From: Deltaproteobacteria bacterium
GTDB lineage: Bacteria; Myxococcota_A; UBA9160; PR03
Assembly (NCBI GenBank): GCA_031396445.1
Contig: JANNKU010000028.1
Coordinates: 20,651-84,650, forward strand
DNA: 64,000 nucleotides
Direction of reading: 5' to 3'
Shown here: piece by piece, positions 44,035-52,558 of the stretch
Numbering within the stretch: the stretch's first letter is position 1
Layout of the letters: every line of letters begins with the position of its first letter
Notes under the pieces: model-generated
The model's database searches: none
Seen by the model: the letters and a program-made list of their open reading frames with translations, nothing else
What the model was told of the DNA's origin: nothing
Made by a program: the position numbers and the translations under genes

Positions 44035-44760
44035 TCAGTGGTACGAAGGTCGGTCGTTCGAGGGGCGCGATTGATCGTTCTGCACCGCGCGCAAGCGTTT
44101 GCGCATCTGCCAGCGCTTGAAACGCCAGCGGATCTGTTCGAGCGAGAGCAGCCCGCGCGTGTTGCCTTCGCTGCGCAGCAAGAGCCAGCCGACGAGCACA
44201 CCGCCGAGGTGGCCAGCGTGGCTGATGTTCGCTGGGCCGAAGGAGGCTTCCATGAAGAAGAGCAGGGGAATCAGCCAGATCGCGCGGAACGCGACGGGCG
44301 GGAAGATCAGCATGATGGTGCGATCGGGCCAGGTGAGCGAGTAGGCGAGCAACACGCCGAAGATCGCGCCCGAAGCGCCGAGTGTCGGGTACTGCAGACT
44401 CGCGCCATCCGAGACGCCCAGTAGAACCGGGATCCACGGGTACGAGACGATGATCAAACCCGCGCCGACACCGCAGAGCAGGTAGTAGCGGAGGAAGCGC
44501 TGCGCGCCCCAGACCAGCGCCACCTGCGAGCCGAACATCCACAGACTGAACATGTTGGCGAGGATGTGGCCGAGGCCAGCGTGCATCCACATGTAGGTGA
44601 AGGGCTGCCAGAGGAAACCGCGCCGCCAGAAATCCCAGGGCGACGCGGTGAAGAGATCGAAGATCGACATCTGGAACGCGGCTTGCGCAAAATAGACGGC
44701 GACGTTCGCGATGATCAGCTGCTTGATGACGGGCGGTGTTACCGGCGGACCGAAGCCCAT
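44035..44760 (-). CDS. Rhomboid-family intramembrane serine protease
   Basis: WQPFTYMWMHAG..HILANM, catalytic GASGAIFG and HLGG. Minimal start at ATG 44760 (MGFGPPVTPP...). An upstream in-frame TTG (LRGDDLYGRGYSGGG) is possible. Confidence 0.8.
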   Translation of the reverse strand: MGFGPPVTPPVIKQLIIANVAVYFAQAAFQMSIFDLFTASPWDFWRRGFLWQPFTYMWMHAGLGHILANMFSLWMFGSQVALVWGAQRFLRYYLLCGVGAGLIIVSYPWIPVLLGVSDGASLQYPTLGASGAIFGVLLAYSLTWPDRTIMLIFPPVAFRAIWLIPLLFFMEASFGPANISHAGHLGGVLVGWLLLRSEGNTRGLLSLEQIRWRFKRWQMRKRLRAVQNDQSRPSNDRPSYH

Positions 44761-44963
44761 GCCGCCACCCGAGTACCCGCGTCCGTACAAATCGTCTCCT
44801 CGCAAACCCCCAAAGCGCGCGTTGGACGGGGGGGCGTCTCGCTTCTCTTCGGCCGACTCACCGTTCGGAGAGTCGAGCAGCGTGCGTGAGTGGCACGCAG
44901 AGCTTCGTTCTTGAATCAGGAAGGCGGCCGCGAGTCGGGCGCGAGACCCCGCAGCGGGAGCGA

Positions 44964-44992
44964 GCGTAAGCGCGTCAACCCTGCCGGTCAAC
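44964..44992 (-). promoter_or_regulatory. Candidate sigma-70-type promoter (TTGACC-17 nt-TACGCT) for the rhomboid operon
   Basis: The reverse complement of 44964-44992 reads ttgaccggcagggttgacgcgcttacgct, in the only sizeable gap upstream of the operon. Pattern match only. Confidence 0.25.
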
Positions 44993-45010
44993 AAGGCTTT
45001 CAGGTGGCTT

Positions 45011-45937
45011 TCATGCGCCAGCGAGAGCTTCGAGCGCGGCCTCGGCCTCGGGCTGCGAGAGACCTGCGAGGTCGAGCACCGGCAAGTCGATGCCGAGATC
45101 GCCGCGGATCGACGCGATTCGATCGCGACAGCGCGCGGCCGGGCCCGCGAGGATCGCTTCGCCCAACTCAGCGTCGGGCAGGGCGCGGAACCACGGGTGC
45201 CAGCGGCGGAACTCGATGGCGAGCGCTGCGTCATCGATCGCTCGACCGGGTCGCGCGAAGATCCAGATCGAGCGCCCGATCGAAGCCGGGTCGCGGCCGA
45301 TCGCGTCGCATGCGCGTTCGAGCCGGCCGGTCGCTTCGCGCACGAGTCGCGCGACGGGCGGGACGTTCAGGTCCCAGCGATCCGCGCGACGCGCCACCAC
45401 GGCGAGCAGCCGCGCGCCGGCGCCGGCCACCTCGATCGGCATCGAGCCGCCGCGCGGCAGTGGTCGCACCAGCGCATCGTCGAGCGTGACGAAGCGGCCC
45501 GCCATCGTGACGCGCTCGCCGGCCCACAGGCGCCGCAGCGCATCGAGCAATTCGTCGAGCCACGCGATGCGATCGCTCGCGGGCGGGAGCGCGAAACCGA
45601 AGCGTCGATCCGCGGGCTGTCCGCCGATCGACGCGAGAAAGCGCAGCCGGCCCGGCGCGACGCATTCCGCTGTCGCGACCGCTTGCGCGAGTCGCGCCGC
45701 GTTCCAGTGGTGCACGAGGCGGATCGAACCGATCTCGATGCGCGTCGTGCTCGCCAGCAGCGCAACCGTCGCGGTCCAGCCGTCGAGCACCGCGCCGTCC
45801 CCGCGCGACGGCACGATCGACACATCGCCGTCCACATAGGCAGCGCGGTAGCCGAGCGCTTCTGCGCGCAACACCAGCGCGAGCACTTCGCCGAAGTCGC
45901 GGTGATGCCCGCCGAGATGCACCGCGAGATCGGCCAC
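45011..45937 (-). CDS. Luciferase-like (LLM-class, flavin/F420-dependent) oxidoreductase
   Basis: Frame of track ORF 45011..46036, started at GTG 45937, which lies 1 nt after the Nudix stop. Motifs: VADLAVHLGGHHRDFGEVLALVLRAEALGYRAAYVDGD...IEIGSIRL...GGSMPIEVAG. Confidence 0.75.
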   Translation of the reverse strand: MADLAVHLGGHHRDFGEVLALVLRAEALGYRAAYVDGDVSIVPSRGDGAVLDGWTATVALLASTTRIEIGSIRLVHHWNAARLAQAVATAECVAPGRLRFLASIGGQPADRRFGFALPPASDRIAWLDELLDALRRLWAGERVTMAGRFVTLDDALVRPLPRGGSMPIEVAGAGARLLAVVARRADRWDLNVPPVARLVREATGRLERACDAIGRDPASIGRSIWIFARPGRAIDDAALAIEFRRWHPWFRALPDAELGEAILAGPAARCRDRIASIRGDLGIDLPVLDLAGLSQPEAEAALEALAGA

Positions 45938-45938
45938 G

Positions 45939-46460
45939 TCAGCGCAGCCGGCCGAGATGGCGCGCGGCATGCAACAACGCGAGGGCGCTCTTCGCGTCGG
46001 CGAGCTCGCCGCTCCACACCAGCGCGAGCGCGTCATCGAGCGACATCCGCACCAACTCGATCACCTCGTCCGCCTCGCGCCGATGCGGCACCACCTCGAG
46101 ATCGAACGCGGCAAAGAGGTGGATGCGCTCATCGGTGAAACCGGGCGTCGTCCAGATCGTCGCGAGCGAAACCAACCGCCCCGCGCGCCGTCCCGCCTCT
46201 TCTTCCAACTCGCGCGCTGCACACAATTCGGGAGCATCGCCATCGAGCTTGCCCGCAGGAACTTCCCAGATCGTGCCGCCCGCCGCATGGCGATACTGGC
46301 GAAGGAGCAGCACATCGCTCTCACTCTCGAACGGCACCACCGCCGACGCACCCGGGTGTCGCACGATGTCGAGCGGAACCGTGAGCCCATTCGGCAGCAC
46401 CGCCTCCTCGACCCAAACCGAAATGGACCGCCCCGCGTACGCCAGCTCCCGCTTACCCAA
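45939..46460 (-). CDS. Nudix hydrolase (ADP-ribose pyrophosphatase-like)
   Basis: Nudix box GKLDGDAPELCAARELEEEAG. TTG start per the track. Confidence 0.85.
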   Translation of the reverse strand: MGKRELAYAGRSISVWVEEAVLPNGLTVPLDIVRHPGASAVVPFESESDVLLLRQYRHAAGGTIWEVPAGKLDGDAPELCAARELEEEAGRRAGRLVSLATIWTTPGFTDERIHLFAAFDLEVVPHRREADEVIELVRMSLDDALALVWSGELADAKSALALLHAARHLGRLR

Positions 46461-46465
46461 AGCGC

Positions 46466-46632
46466 CCCCTTGCCCGTGTTGGCGCGGCCGCTTCCAGCGG
46501 CCGGCGCAGAATCATCAGTTGAACCCGCACACCTGCCAACTCCCCTGACCCGTTTTGGCGCGCGGCCGTCCGGCCGTAGTGCGGAACCATGAACTGGGCC
46601 GTGGTGCGGAAATCATGAGTTGGGGAATCATG
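46466..46632 (+). repeat. Hairpin repeats, family B, copies 3 and 4 plus a duplicated 3' motif
   Basis: 46466-46523: cccccttgcccgtgttggcgcggccgcttccagcggccggcgcagaatcatcagttgaa. 46541-46598: tcccctgacccgttttggcgcgcggccgtccggccgtagtgcggaaccatgaactggg. 46599-46632: partial ccgtggtgcggaaatcatgagttggggaatcatg. Confidence 0.9.
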
Positions 46633-46659
46633 CGCAGCCTACAGAACCGGAGATGATGA

Positions 46660-47298
46660 ATGGCGCGGGGCGAGGAGCGTGCGGTGACGATCCTGCTCGA
46701 GGGCGACGAGGCCGTCGCGCTCGACGGTCTCTACATGGCGGGCAGCGATCCCGACGCAGGCGGCGTCGTGATCGCGCCGCCACATCCGCTCTACGGCGGC
46801 AGCATGGATTCGCCGGTCGTCTCGGAGATCGCTTGGGCGTGCGCGCGCGCGGGACTCGCGTCGCTGCGCTTCAACTGGCGCGGCGTCGGCGCGAGCGGCG
46901 GCACATCGAGCGGCGACGCGGAACACGCACGCGCCGACTACGCCGCCGCGCTCGCACAACTCGCGAGCACGGTCGAAGGCCGAGTGCTCGCCGCCGGCTA
47001 CTCCTTCGGCGCCGCCGCGGCCGTGCGCGCCGCCGCCACCGACCCGCGCGTGCGCGGCTTGCTGCTCGTAGCGCCGCCGCCCTCGTTGCTCGATCTCAGC
47101 GCGCTCGAAGCGTGCCCTCGCGACGCGCTGATCCTCACCGGCGAACACGACGCGATCGCCCCGCCCGCCGCGCTCGAAGCAATCGCAGCATCCCTACCGC
47201 GCGCCCGCTTCGTGAAGATCGACGACGCAGACCACTTCTTCGGCGCCGGTCTCACCGACGTCGGCGCCGCAATCACGAAATGGCTGGATCGCGACTGA
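46660..47298 (+). CDS. Alpha/beta-fold hydrolase (small, single domain)
   Basis: 212-aa ORF. Nucleophile elbow GYSFGA. Motifs GGVVIAPPHPLYGGSMDSP and C-terminal DDADHFF (Asp/His). Confidence 0.75.
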   Translation: MARGEERAVTILLEGDEAVALDGLYMAGSDPDAGGVVIAPPHPLYGGSMDSPVVSEIAWACARAGLASLRFNWRGVGASGGTSSGDAEHARADYAAALAQLASTVEGRVLAAGYSFGAAAAVRAAATDPRVRGLLLVAPPPSLLDLSALEACPRDALILTGEHDAIAPPAALEAIAASLPRARFVKIDDADHFFGAGLTDVGAAITKWLDRD

Positions 47299-47345
47299 CG
47301 AAGACCCCGAGAAGCGCCGAAACACTTCGGTGCCTCCAACAACCA

Positions 47346-47494
47346 CGCCCCTTGACCCGTGTTGGCGCGGGCCCGTCCGGGCCCGGCGCGGAAATCATCA
47401 AGACGCGGTCGCAAACCTCGCAGTGCCCTGACCCGTGTTGGCGCGCGGCCTTCGGCCGCGGCGCGGAATCATGAGCTGGGAATCATGAGTTCGG
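47346..47494 (+). repeat. Hairpin repeats, family B, copies 5 and 6 plus a duplicated 3' motif
   Basis: 47346-47402: cgccccttgacccgtgttggcgcgggcccgtccgggcccggcgcggaaatcatcaag. 47423-47494: gtgccctgacccgtgttggcgcgcggccttcggccgcggcgcggaatcatgagctgggaatcatgagttcgg. The minus-strand TGA stop of the kinase gene (47483-47485) is inside the last TCATGA. Confidence 0.9.
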
Positions 47495-48760
47495 AAGACG
47501 GATCCGGAATCGACTCCCACCGCCGTTGCGATCGCTGATCACGAGCGTGCCGGACGCTTCGCCGATGATGCGCAACGAGATCGCGAGGCCGAGGCCGCCC
47601 GGACGTTCGGACTTGGTCGAGAAGAACGGTTCGAAGAGGCGACGGCGCAGCGCGCGCGGAATCCCCGGCCCGCGATCCTCGATATCGATCTGCACGACGT
47701 GGCCGAGCGAGCGCGCGGAGATGCGCACGTCGCCATTCGCGGGCGTCGCATCGAGCGCGTTGAGCGTCACATTCAGCAGCACCTGACGGAGCGCGTCGGG
47801 CGCGAGTCTGCAGGCGGGCAACGCCGGCGCGACATCGGTCGCGAGTTCTACGCCGGCGGCCGCAGCGCGATGCGCGACCAGCCGCAGCACTGCCGCGACG
47901 CCTTCCGCAATGCTGCAACCGCCGTCCTGCGCCGGTGTAGGAAGGCGCGGGCTCGCGTGATCGAGCACCAGATCGAGCAGGCGTTCGATGCGCACCAACT
48001 CGTCGCCGGCGATGTCGAGGAAGCTCTGCAAGAACTCGGGGTCGTCGCGGCGTTCGGGCAGCAGTTGCAGGAAGGTCTTCACCGAGACGAGGGGATTGCG
48101 CACTTCGTGCACGATCTCGGCGACCAGCCCGCCGAGTGCGGCGAGTCGGTCGAGGTGTCGCACATCGGCGTCGATGCGCGAGAGCCGTGCCTCCGCGATC
48201 GCGCCGAGCAGCGGCGCTTCGATGCGTCGCGCGGCAGCGTCGAGCGCGGCGAGCGTGCGCGGTCGCACCGGGGTGGCGTCGGTGCTTGCGCTGCCGAGCA
48301 GCAACACGGCGGCCGGCGTGCCCGCGGTGATCGCGACCGGAACCGCAGCGGTGTAGCCGTCGTGCAGGATCGCGGCACGCGCGGGATCGGGCGGCGCCGC
48401 GTCACACAGGTCGGTGGCACGAGTCAGCGCCGCGAGCGAGGCGTACGCGGCGGCGCTCGGCGCGCGCGCCGGTGGCTCCGCGCCGATGGCCGCGACGACG
48501 CGCGCTGCGCTGCCCGGCGCGGCCGACCACGCCGCAGCGCGCGTAGCACCGGTCGCCGTGACGAGTCGTTGCAGCGCGCTCGCGAGCAGGCTCTGGAAGT
48601 CGTCGTCGTCGCGGGTTGATGCGGCGGAGCTGCGTTCGTGCGCGCCGCGTCCGCGCGCCGTGGCGGTAGAACGTCGAGCGGGGCGAGGTGTGTCCCTCGA
48701 GTCAACCGCCAGTCCTCGAGGAGGACCGTCCCCTTTCTCACCTTTCTCGACGCGCTCCAC
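47483..48760 (-). CDS. Cytoplasmic histidine kinase (GAF-like N-terminal region, HisKA, HATPase_c); start uncertain
   Basis: H-box VAEIVHEVRNPLVSV. LLNVTLNALDAT, IEDRGPGIP, GGLGLAISLRI. No ATG lies upstream of the sensor region. The only canonical in-frame start is GTG 48760, 2 nt after the PBP1A stop. Confidence 0.75.
   Translation of the reverse strand: MERVEKGEKGDGPPRGLAVDSRDTPRPARRSTATARGRGAHERSSAASTRDDDDFQSLLASALQRLVTATGATRAAAWSAAPGSAARVVAAIGAEPPARAPSAAAYASLAALTRATDLCDAAPPDPARAAILHDGYTAAVPVAITAGTPAAVLLLGSASTDATPVRPRTLAALDAAARRIEAPLLGAIAEARLSRIDADVRHLDRLAALGGLVAEIVHEVRNPLVSVKTFLQLLPERRDDPEFLQSFLDIAGDELVRIERLLDLVLDHASPRLPTPAQDGGCSIAEGVAAVLRLVAHRAAAAGVELATDVAPALPACRLAPDALRQVLLNVTLNALDATPANGDVRISARSLGHVVQIDIEDRGPGIPRALRRRLFEPFFSTKSERPGGLGLAISLRIIGEASGTLVISDRNGGGSRFRIRLPNS
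48709..48742. repeat. Family A element, partial/degenerate single arm (copy 2)
   Basis: ccagtcctcgaggaggaccgtcccctttctcacc versus the family arm ccagtcacttcgaggaccgtcccctttctcacc. Contains the local palindrome gtcctcgaggaggac. Confidence 0.7.
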
Positions 48761-48762
48761 CG

Positions 48763-51321
48763 CTAGAAGTCCATGCGCAGGATTTTGCGTTCTTCGCCTT
48801 CGCTGAGGCCGCCTGCGCCGGGGGCTTCGGTGGGTTCGTGGCCGGCCGGGAATGCCTGCAGATACGAGTTCGAGGATTCGTCGCTGGCGAGTTTGCCCGT
48901 TGCAGGATCGACGCGCGCGTACGAGACGCCTTCGGGGATCGGGAACTCGCGCACCGGTTTGTCCAGATGCGCCTCGCGCATGAAGTCGATCCAGATCGGC
49001 AGCGCGGCGCGGCCGCCCGTCTCGCCCTTGCCGAGATTGCGGCGCTCGTCGAAGCCGACCCAGGCGCCCGCGGCGATGTCGGCCGAGAAGCCGATGAACC
49101 AGCAATCACCGTGATCGTCGGTGGTGCCCGTCTTGCCAGCGAGCGGTCGGCCGAGCGCGCGCGCCTTGGCTGCCGTGCCGCCCGGATGATCGATCGGCGC
49201 GCGCATCAGGTCCGTCACCAAGAAGGCGTCGCGCGGCGACATCACCTGATTGGGGCCCATCGGCACGCCATCGGCGAGAATCTGAGGCGCCTGCTTCGCG
49301 CTCTCCCAGGTGGGCGGCGATTCGTCGCTCGGGCGATCGAGCGCGAGATTTTCGAGCAGCACCTTGCCATCGCGGTCGAGCACGCGGCGAATGAAGATTG
49401 GCTCGACGCGCTGACCGCCGGCCGGGAACGCCGCGTACGCCGAGGTGATCTCGACCAGGGTCACGGCGTTGGCGCCGAGCGCGAGCGACGGATAGGGCGC
49501 GAGGTGCGACTGGATGCCGAGCTGATGCGACAGGTTCACGATCGGCCGGATGCCGACGCGAAAGAGCAGGTTCACCGTCGCGAGGTTGAGCGAACGCGCC
49601 AGCGCTTCGCGCAGCGAGACGACGCCCCGGTATTTGTGGTCGTAGTTCTGCGGCGACCAGGCCGCACCGCTGGTGGGATCGGTGTACGAAATCGGCGCGT
49701 CGTTGAGGGTCGACACCGCCGTGAGTCCCTTGGTGAGCGCCGTCGCGTAGACGAAGGGCTTGAACGCGGAGCCTGGCTGGCGGCGCGCCTGCACGGCGCG
49801 ATCGAACTGGGAGCGCGCGTAGTCGTAGCCGCCGACCAGCGCGAGCACCTCGCCGGTCGCGATGTCGAGCGCGAGGAACGCGCCTTCGACGACGGGAGAT
49901 TGGTAGAGCTTGACGCTCATCGCCGTGGGCGGCGGCGGCGGGGCCGCGGCGTCCGCAACGAGCGGCTCTGCGTCGGACTCGGGATCGGGCGCGCCGCTCT
50001 CGGTCTCTGCCTCGGGCGGCGTTGCCGCCGGAGGTGACACGCGGAAGCGTGCGACGTCGCCGACCGAGAGCGCCGGCCCGCTCTTCGCGTTCGGCGCGGA
50101 GGCGCGCTCGATGTTGCGCGCGCGCGCCCATGCCACGTCGCCGAGATGCACCTCGGCGCTGAGATTCGGTGCGAACGCGACGTGCGCGATCTTCTTGCCG
50201 TCGTCGTTGGCGGTGACGACGCCGAGCCACGTCTTCGCCGGATCGAGCGAAGCGAGCGTCAGCAGCGCAGTGGGATCGAGCTTGTTCTCCACCGCGACGC
50301 GCTGCACCTCGGCTTCCACTTGCGCGCGCGGCACACGACGCACTGGTCCGCGCCAGCCCTGCCGATGATCGAGCGCCTCGACGCCCGCGCGCAGCGCCGT
50401 TTCTGCAGAGCGTTGCAGATGCAAGTCGAGCGTGGTCTCGATGCGCAGGCCGCCCTTCAAAACGGTGTCGCCGCCGAGCCGTTGGAACAGATGGCGGCGC
50501 ACCTCCTCGGCGAACCAGGTCGCGGCGACGTAGTCGGCGCGTTCCGGCGAGACGCGGAGCACGGGCAGCGCCGCGAGCTCGGCCTGATATGTCTCGTCGT
50601 CGAGGAAGCCGACGGCGAACATGCGGCCCAACACATATCGGCGCCGGTTGTCGGCGGCCTCGTAGTTGCCGAGCGGCGAGAAGCGCGACGGCGCCTTCGG
50701 CAAGCCCGCCAGCATCGCGCCCTCGGATATGGTCAGCTCGCCAATCGGCTTGCCGAAGTAGGTGCGCGCTGCTTCGCCGATGCCCCACGCGCCGCCGCCG
50801 AAATAGATCTGGTTCAGATAGAGCGTGAGAATCTCGTCCTTGGTCAGGTGCTGCTCGAGGCGCCGGGCGAGAATCAATTCCTTGATCTTGCGATCGAAGC
50901 GGCGTTCGGGCGTCAGCAGCAGGCTCTTCACCGTCTGCTGCGTGATCGTCGAGCCGCCTTGCACGATCTCGCCGGCCGTGAAGTCGACCCACGCTGCACG
51001 CAAGATCGAGCGGAAGTCGATCCCGCTGTGCTCGAAGAACGAATCGTCTTCGCCCGCGACGAAGGCGAGGATCACGTGCTCGGGGATCTCGTCGAGGTGT
51101 ACGAGGCGGCGGCGCTCGTCGAAGAACTCGCCGATCGGCTTGCCGTCGCGGTCGTAGACGGTGCTGACCAGCGGCGGGTGGTAGTCGTCGATCCCGCGCA
51201 TGTCGGGGAGATCGCTGACGATCGCGAGATAGAGCGCGATCGCCGTGCCGGCAGCCCCCGCCACTGCGAGGATGAAGAGGCCCACGAGCGCGAGCGCGAT
51301 CCGCCTGAAGAAGGACCTCAT
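48763..51321 (-). CDS. mrcA: Class A penicillin-binding protein (PBP1A-type glycosyltransferase + transpeptidase)
   Basis: 852-aa ORF. N-terminal TM. GT51 motifs EDDSFFEHSGID, GGSTITQQ, RKIKE. Transpeptidase motifs SAFKP, SLN, KTGTT. Confidence 0.9.
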   Translation of the reverse strand: MRSFFRRIALALVGLFILAVAGAAGTAIALYLAIVSDLPDMRGIDDYHPPLVSTVYDRDGKPIGEFFDERRRLVHLDEIPEHVILAFVAGEDDSFFEHSGIDFRSILRAAWVDFTAGEIVQGGSTITQQTVKSLLLTPERRFDRKIKELILARRLEQHLTKDEILTLYLNQIYFGGGAWGIGEAARTYFGKPIGELTISEGAMLAGLPKAPSRFSPLGNYEAADNRRRYVLGRMFAVGFLDDETYQAELAALPVLRVSPERADYVAATWFAEEVRRHLFQRLGGDTVLKGGLRIETTLDLHLQRSAETALRAGVEALDHRQGWRGPVRRVPRAQVEAEVQRVAVENKLDPTALLTLASLDPAKTWLGVVTANDDGKKIAHVAFAPNLSAEVHLGDVAWARARNIERASAPNAKSGPALSVGDVARFRVSPPAATPPEAETESGAPDPESDAEPLVADAAAPPPPPTAMSVKLYQSPVVEGAFLALDIATGEVLALVGGYDYARSQFDRAVQARRQPGSAFKPFVYATALTKGLTAVSTLNDAPISYTDPTSGAAWSPQNYDHKYRGVVSLREALARSLNLATVNLLFRVGIRPIVNLSHQLGIQSHLAPYPSLALGANAVTLVEITSAYAAFPAGGQRVEPIFIRRVLDRDGKVLLENLALDRPSDESPPTWESAKQAPQILADGVPMGPNQVMSPRDAFLVTDLMRAPIDHPGGTAAKARALGRPLAGKTGTTDDHGDCWFIGFSADIAAGAWVGFDERRNLGKGETGGRAALPIWIDFMREAHLDKPVREFPIPEGVSYARVDPATGKLASDESSNSYLQAFPAGHEPTEAPGAGGLSEGEERKILRMDF

Positions 51322-51434
51322 CGATGACTCCGGGGGAGGGGTCGCAGGCTAGCCGACGGCTTCAAGGCTGCGCTACCGAACGGCGTCGCCTGCGCGCGGC
51401 CCGGAGCCCCGAATTGTCGAACGTTGCGCTTTCG

Positions 51435-52397
51435 ATGCTCTTTGTGATGGACCCCATCGGGTCGATCGACATCGATAAGGACACGACCTTCGTGTTGATG
51501 CTCGCGGCGCAGCAGCGCGGGCACCGCGTCTTCTATTGCGAGCCGACGACGCTCTCGGTCGAAGAGGGCAAGCCCATCGCGCACGCGCAAGCCGTCACGC
51601 TGCGCCGCGAAGTGGGCCGTCACGCGGATCTCGCCGCGCCGCGCACGCTCTCGCTCGACGACGACATCGATGTCGTGTTCCAACGCAAAGACCCCCCGGT
51701 CGATCTCGATTATGTCACCGCAACGCAGATCCTTTCGCTGTGCCGGCGCGCCCTCGTGCTGAATCGCCCCGACACGGTGATCTGGGCCAATGAGAAGCTC
51801 TACGCCGTGCAATTCGCGGACTTGATGCCCGAGACTCGCGTCTCGCGGCGCATCCCCGAGTTCATCGATTTCCTCGCGAAACTCGGCGGCGAGATGATCG
51901 TGAAGCCGCTCGGCGGCAAGGGCGGCGAAGGTGTCTTTCATCTGCGTCACGACGATCGCAACCTCTTCTCGATCCTCGAGCAGGTGACTGGCTTCGGCAC
52001 CCGTTGGGCGATGGCGCAGCGCTACGTCCCCGAAGTGCGACAGGGCGACAAGCGCATCCTGCTCGTCGATGGCGATGCGATCGGCGCCGTGCTGCGCGTC
52101 CCCGCGAAGGGCGAGACGCGCGCCAATCTCCATGTCGGTGGCACCGCTGCGCGTGCCGCGCTGAGCGAGGCGGACCGTCGCATCGTCGATCGCCTGCGCC
52201 CCCATCTGCTGCGCGACGGCCTCTTCTTCGTCGGCATCGACGTCATCGGCGGCTGCCTCACCGAGGTGAACGTCACCAGCCCCACCGGCATCCAGGAGAT
52301 CAACGCACTCGAAGGTGTGCGCCTGGAACTCCAGGTCATCGAAGCCGCGGAGATCCGCGCCGCCCAACACAAAAGATCGTCCAGCGGCGTGGCCTAG
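51435..52397 (+). CDS. gshB: Glutathione synthetase (ATP-grasp)
   Basis: Started at ATG 51435. MLFVMDPIGSIDIDKDTTFVLMLAAQQRGH, VFQRKDPP, IVKPLGGKGGEGVF, GDKRILLVDG, GIDVIGGCLTEVNVTSPTG. Confidence 0.9.
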   Translation: MLFVMDPIGSIDIDKDTTFVLMLAAQQRGHRVFYCEPTTLSVEEGKPIAHAQAVTLRREVGRHADLAAPRTLSLDDDIDVVFQRKDPPVDLDYVTATQILSLCRRALVLNRPDTVIWANEKLYAVQFADLMPETRVSRRIPEFIDFLAKLGGEMIVKPLGGKGGEGVFHLRHDDRNLFSILEQVTGFGTRWAMAQRYVPEVRQGDKRILLVDGDAIGAVLRVPAKGETRANLHVGGTAARAALSEADRRIVDRLRPHLLRDGLFFVGIDVIGGCLTEVNVTSPTGIQEINALEGVRLELQVIEAAEIRAAQHKRSSSGVA

Positions 52398-52432
52398 CCT
52401 CGCAGCTTCCGCCATAACCCCTTGAAAAATCA

Positions 52433-52449
52433 TTGACACCCTGGTGTCA
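52433..52449 (+). promoter_or_regulatory. TTGACA box overlapping a perfect palindrome TGACACC-CT-GGTGTCA (candidate promoter/operator)
   Basis: The sequence cattgacaccctggtgtcacaaggccatctt lies about 110 nt upstream of the ATG at 52559. TTGACA is at 52433-52438 and the palindrome at 52434-52449. A possible weak -10 (catctt) follows 17 nt later. Confidence 0.35.
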
Positions 52450-52558
52450 CAAGGCCATCTTGCGCCCGACACCGCGTCCCTGAACCCGATGCGATGTCGT
52501 CTCCTCCACGTTCCCGCAAGCCGCATCCCCGGCACTGCACAACGAAGGAGGCGGCCCC

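Noticed and set aside
46620-47474. Track ORF 46620..47474 (284 aa), an alternative frame across the alpha/beta-hydrolase gene and through the repeats
   Set aside because: Arg-rich junk translation. The 46660..47298 frame carries the GYSFGA nucleophile elbow and a sensible hydrolase sequence.
46466-47494. Clustered family B repeats as a CRISPR array or integron attC sites
   Set aside because: Not CRISPR: the repeats are imperfect, internally hairpinned, irregularly spaced, and separated by a full gene rather than short unique spacers, and there are no cas genes. Not attC: there is no intI, and the GTTGGCG segment does not fit the GTTRRRY core (third R is C).
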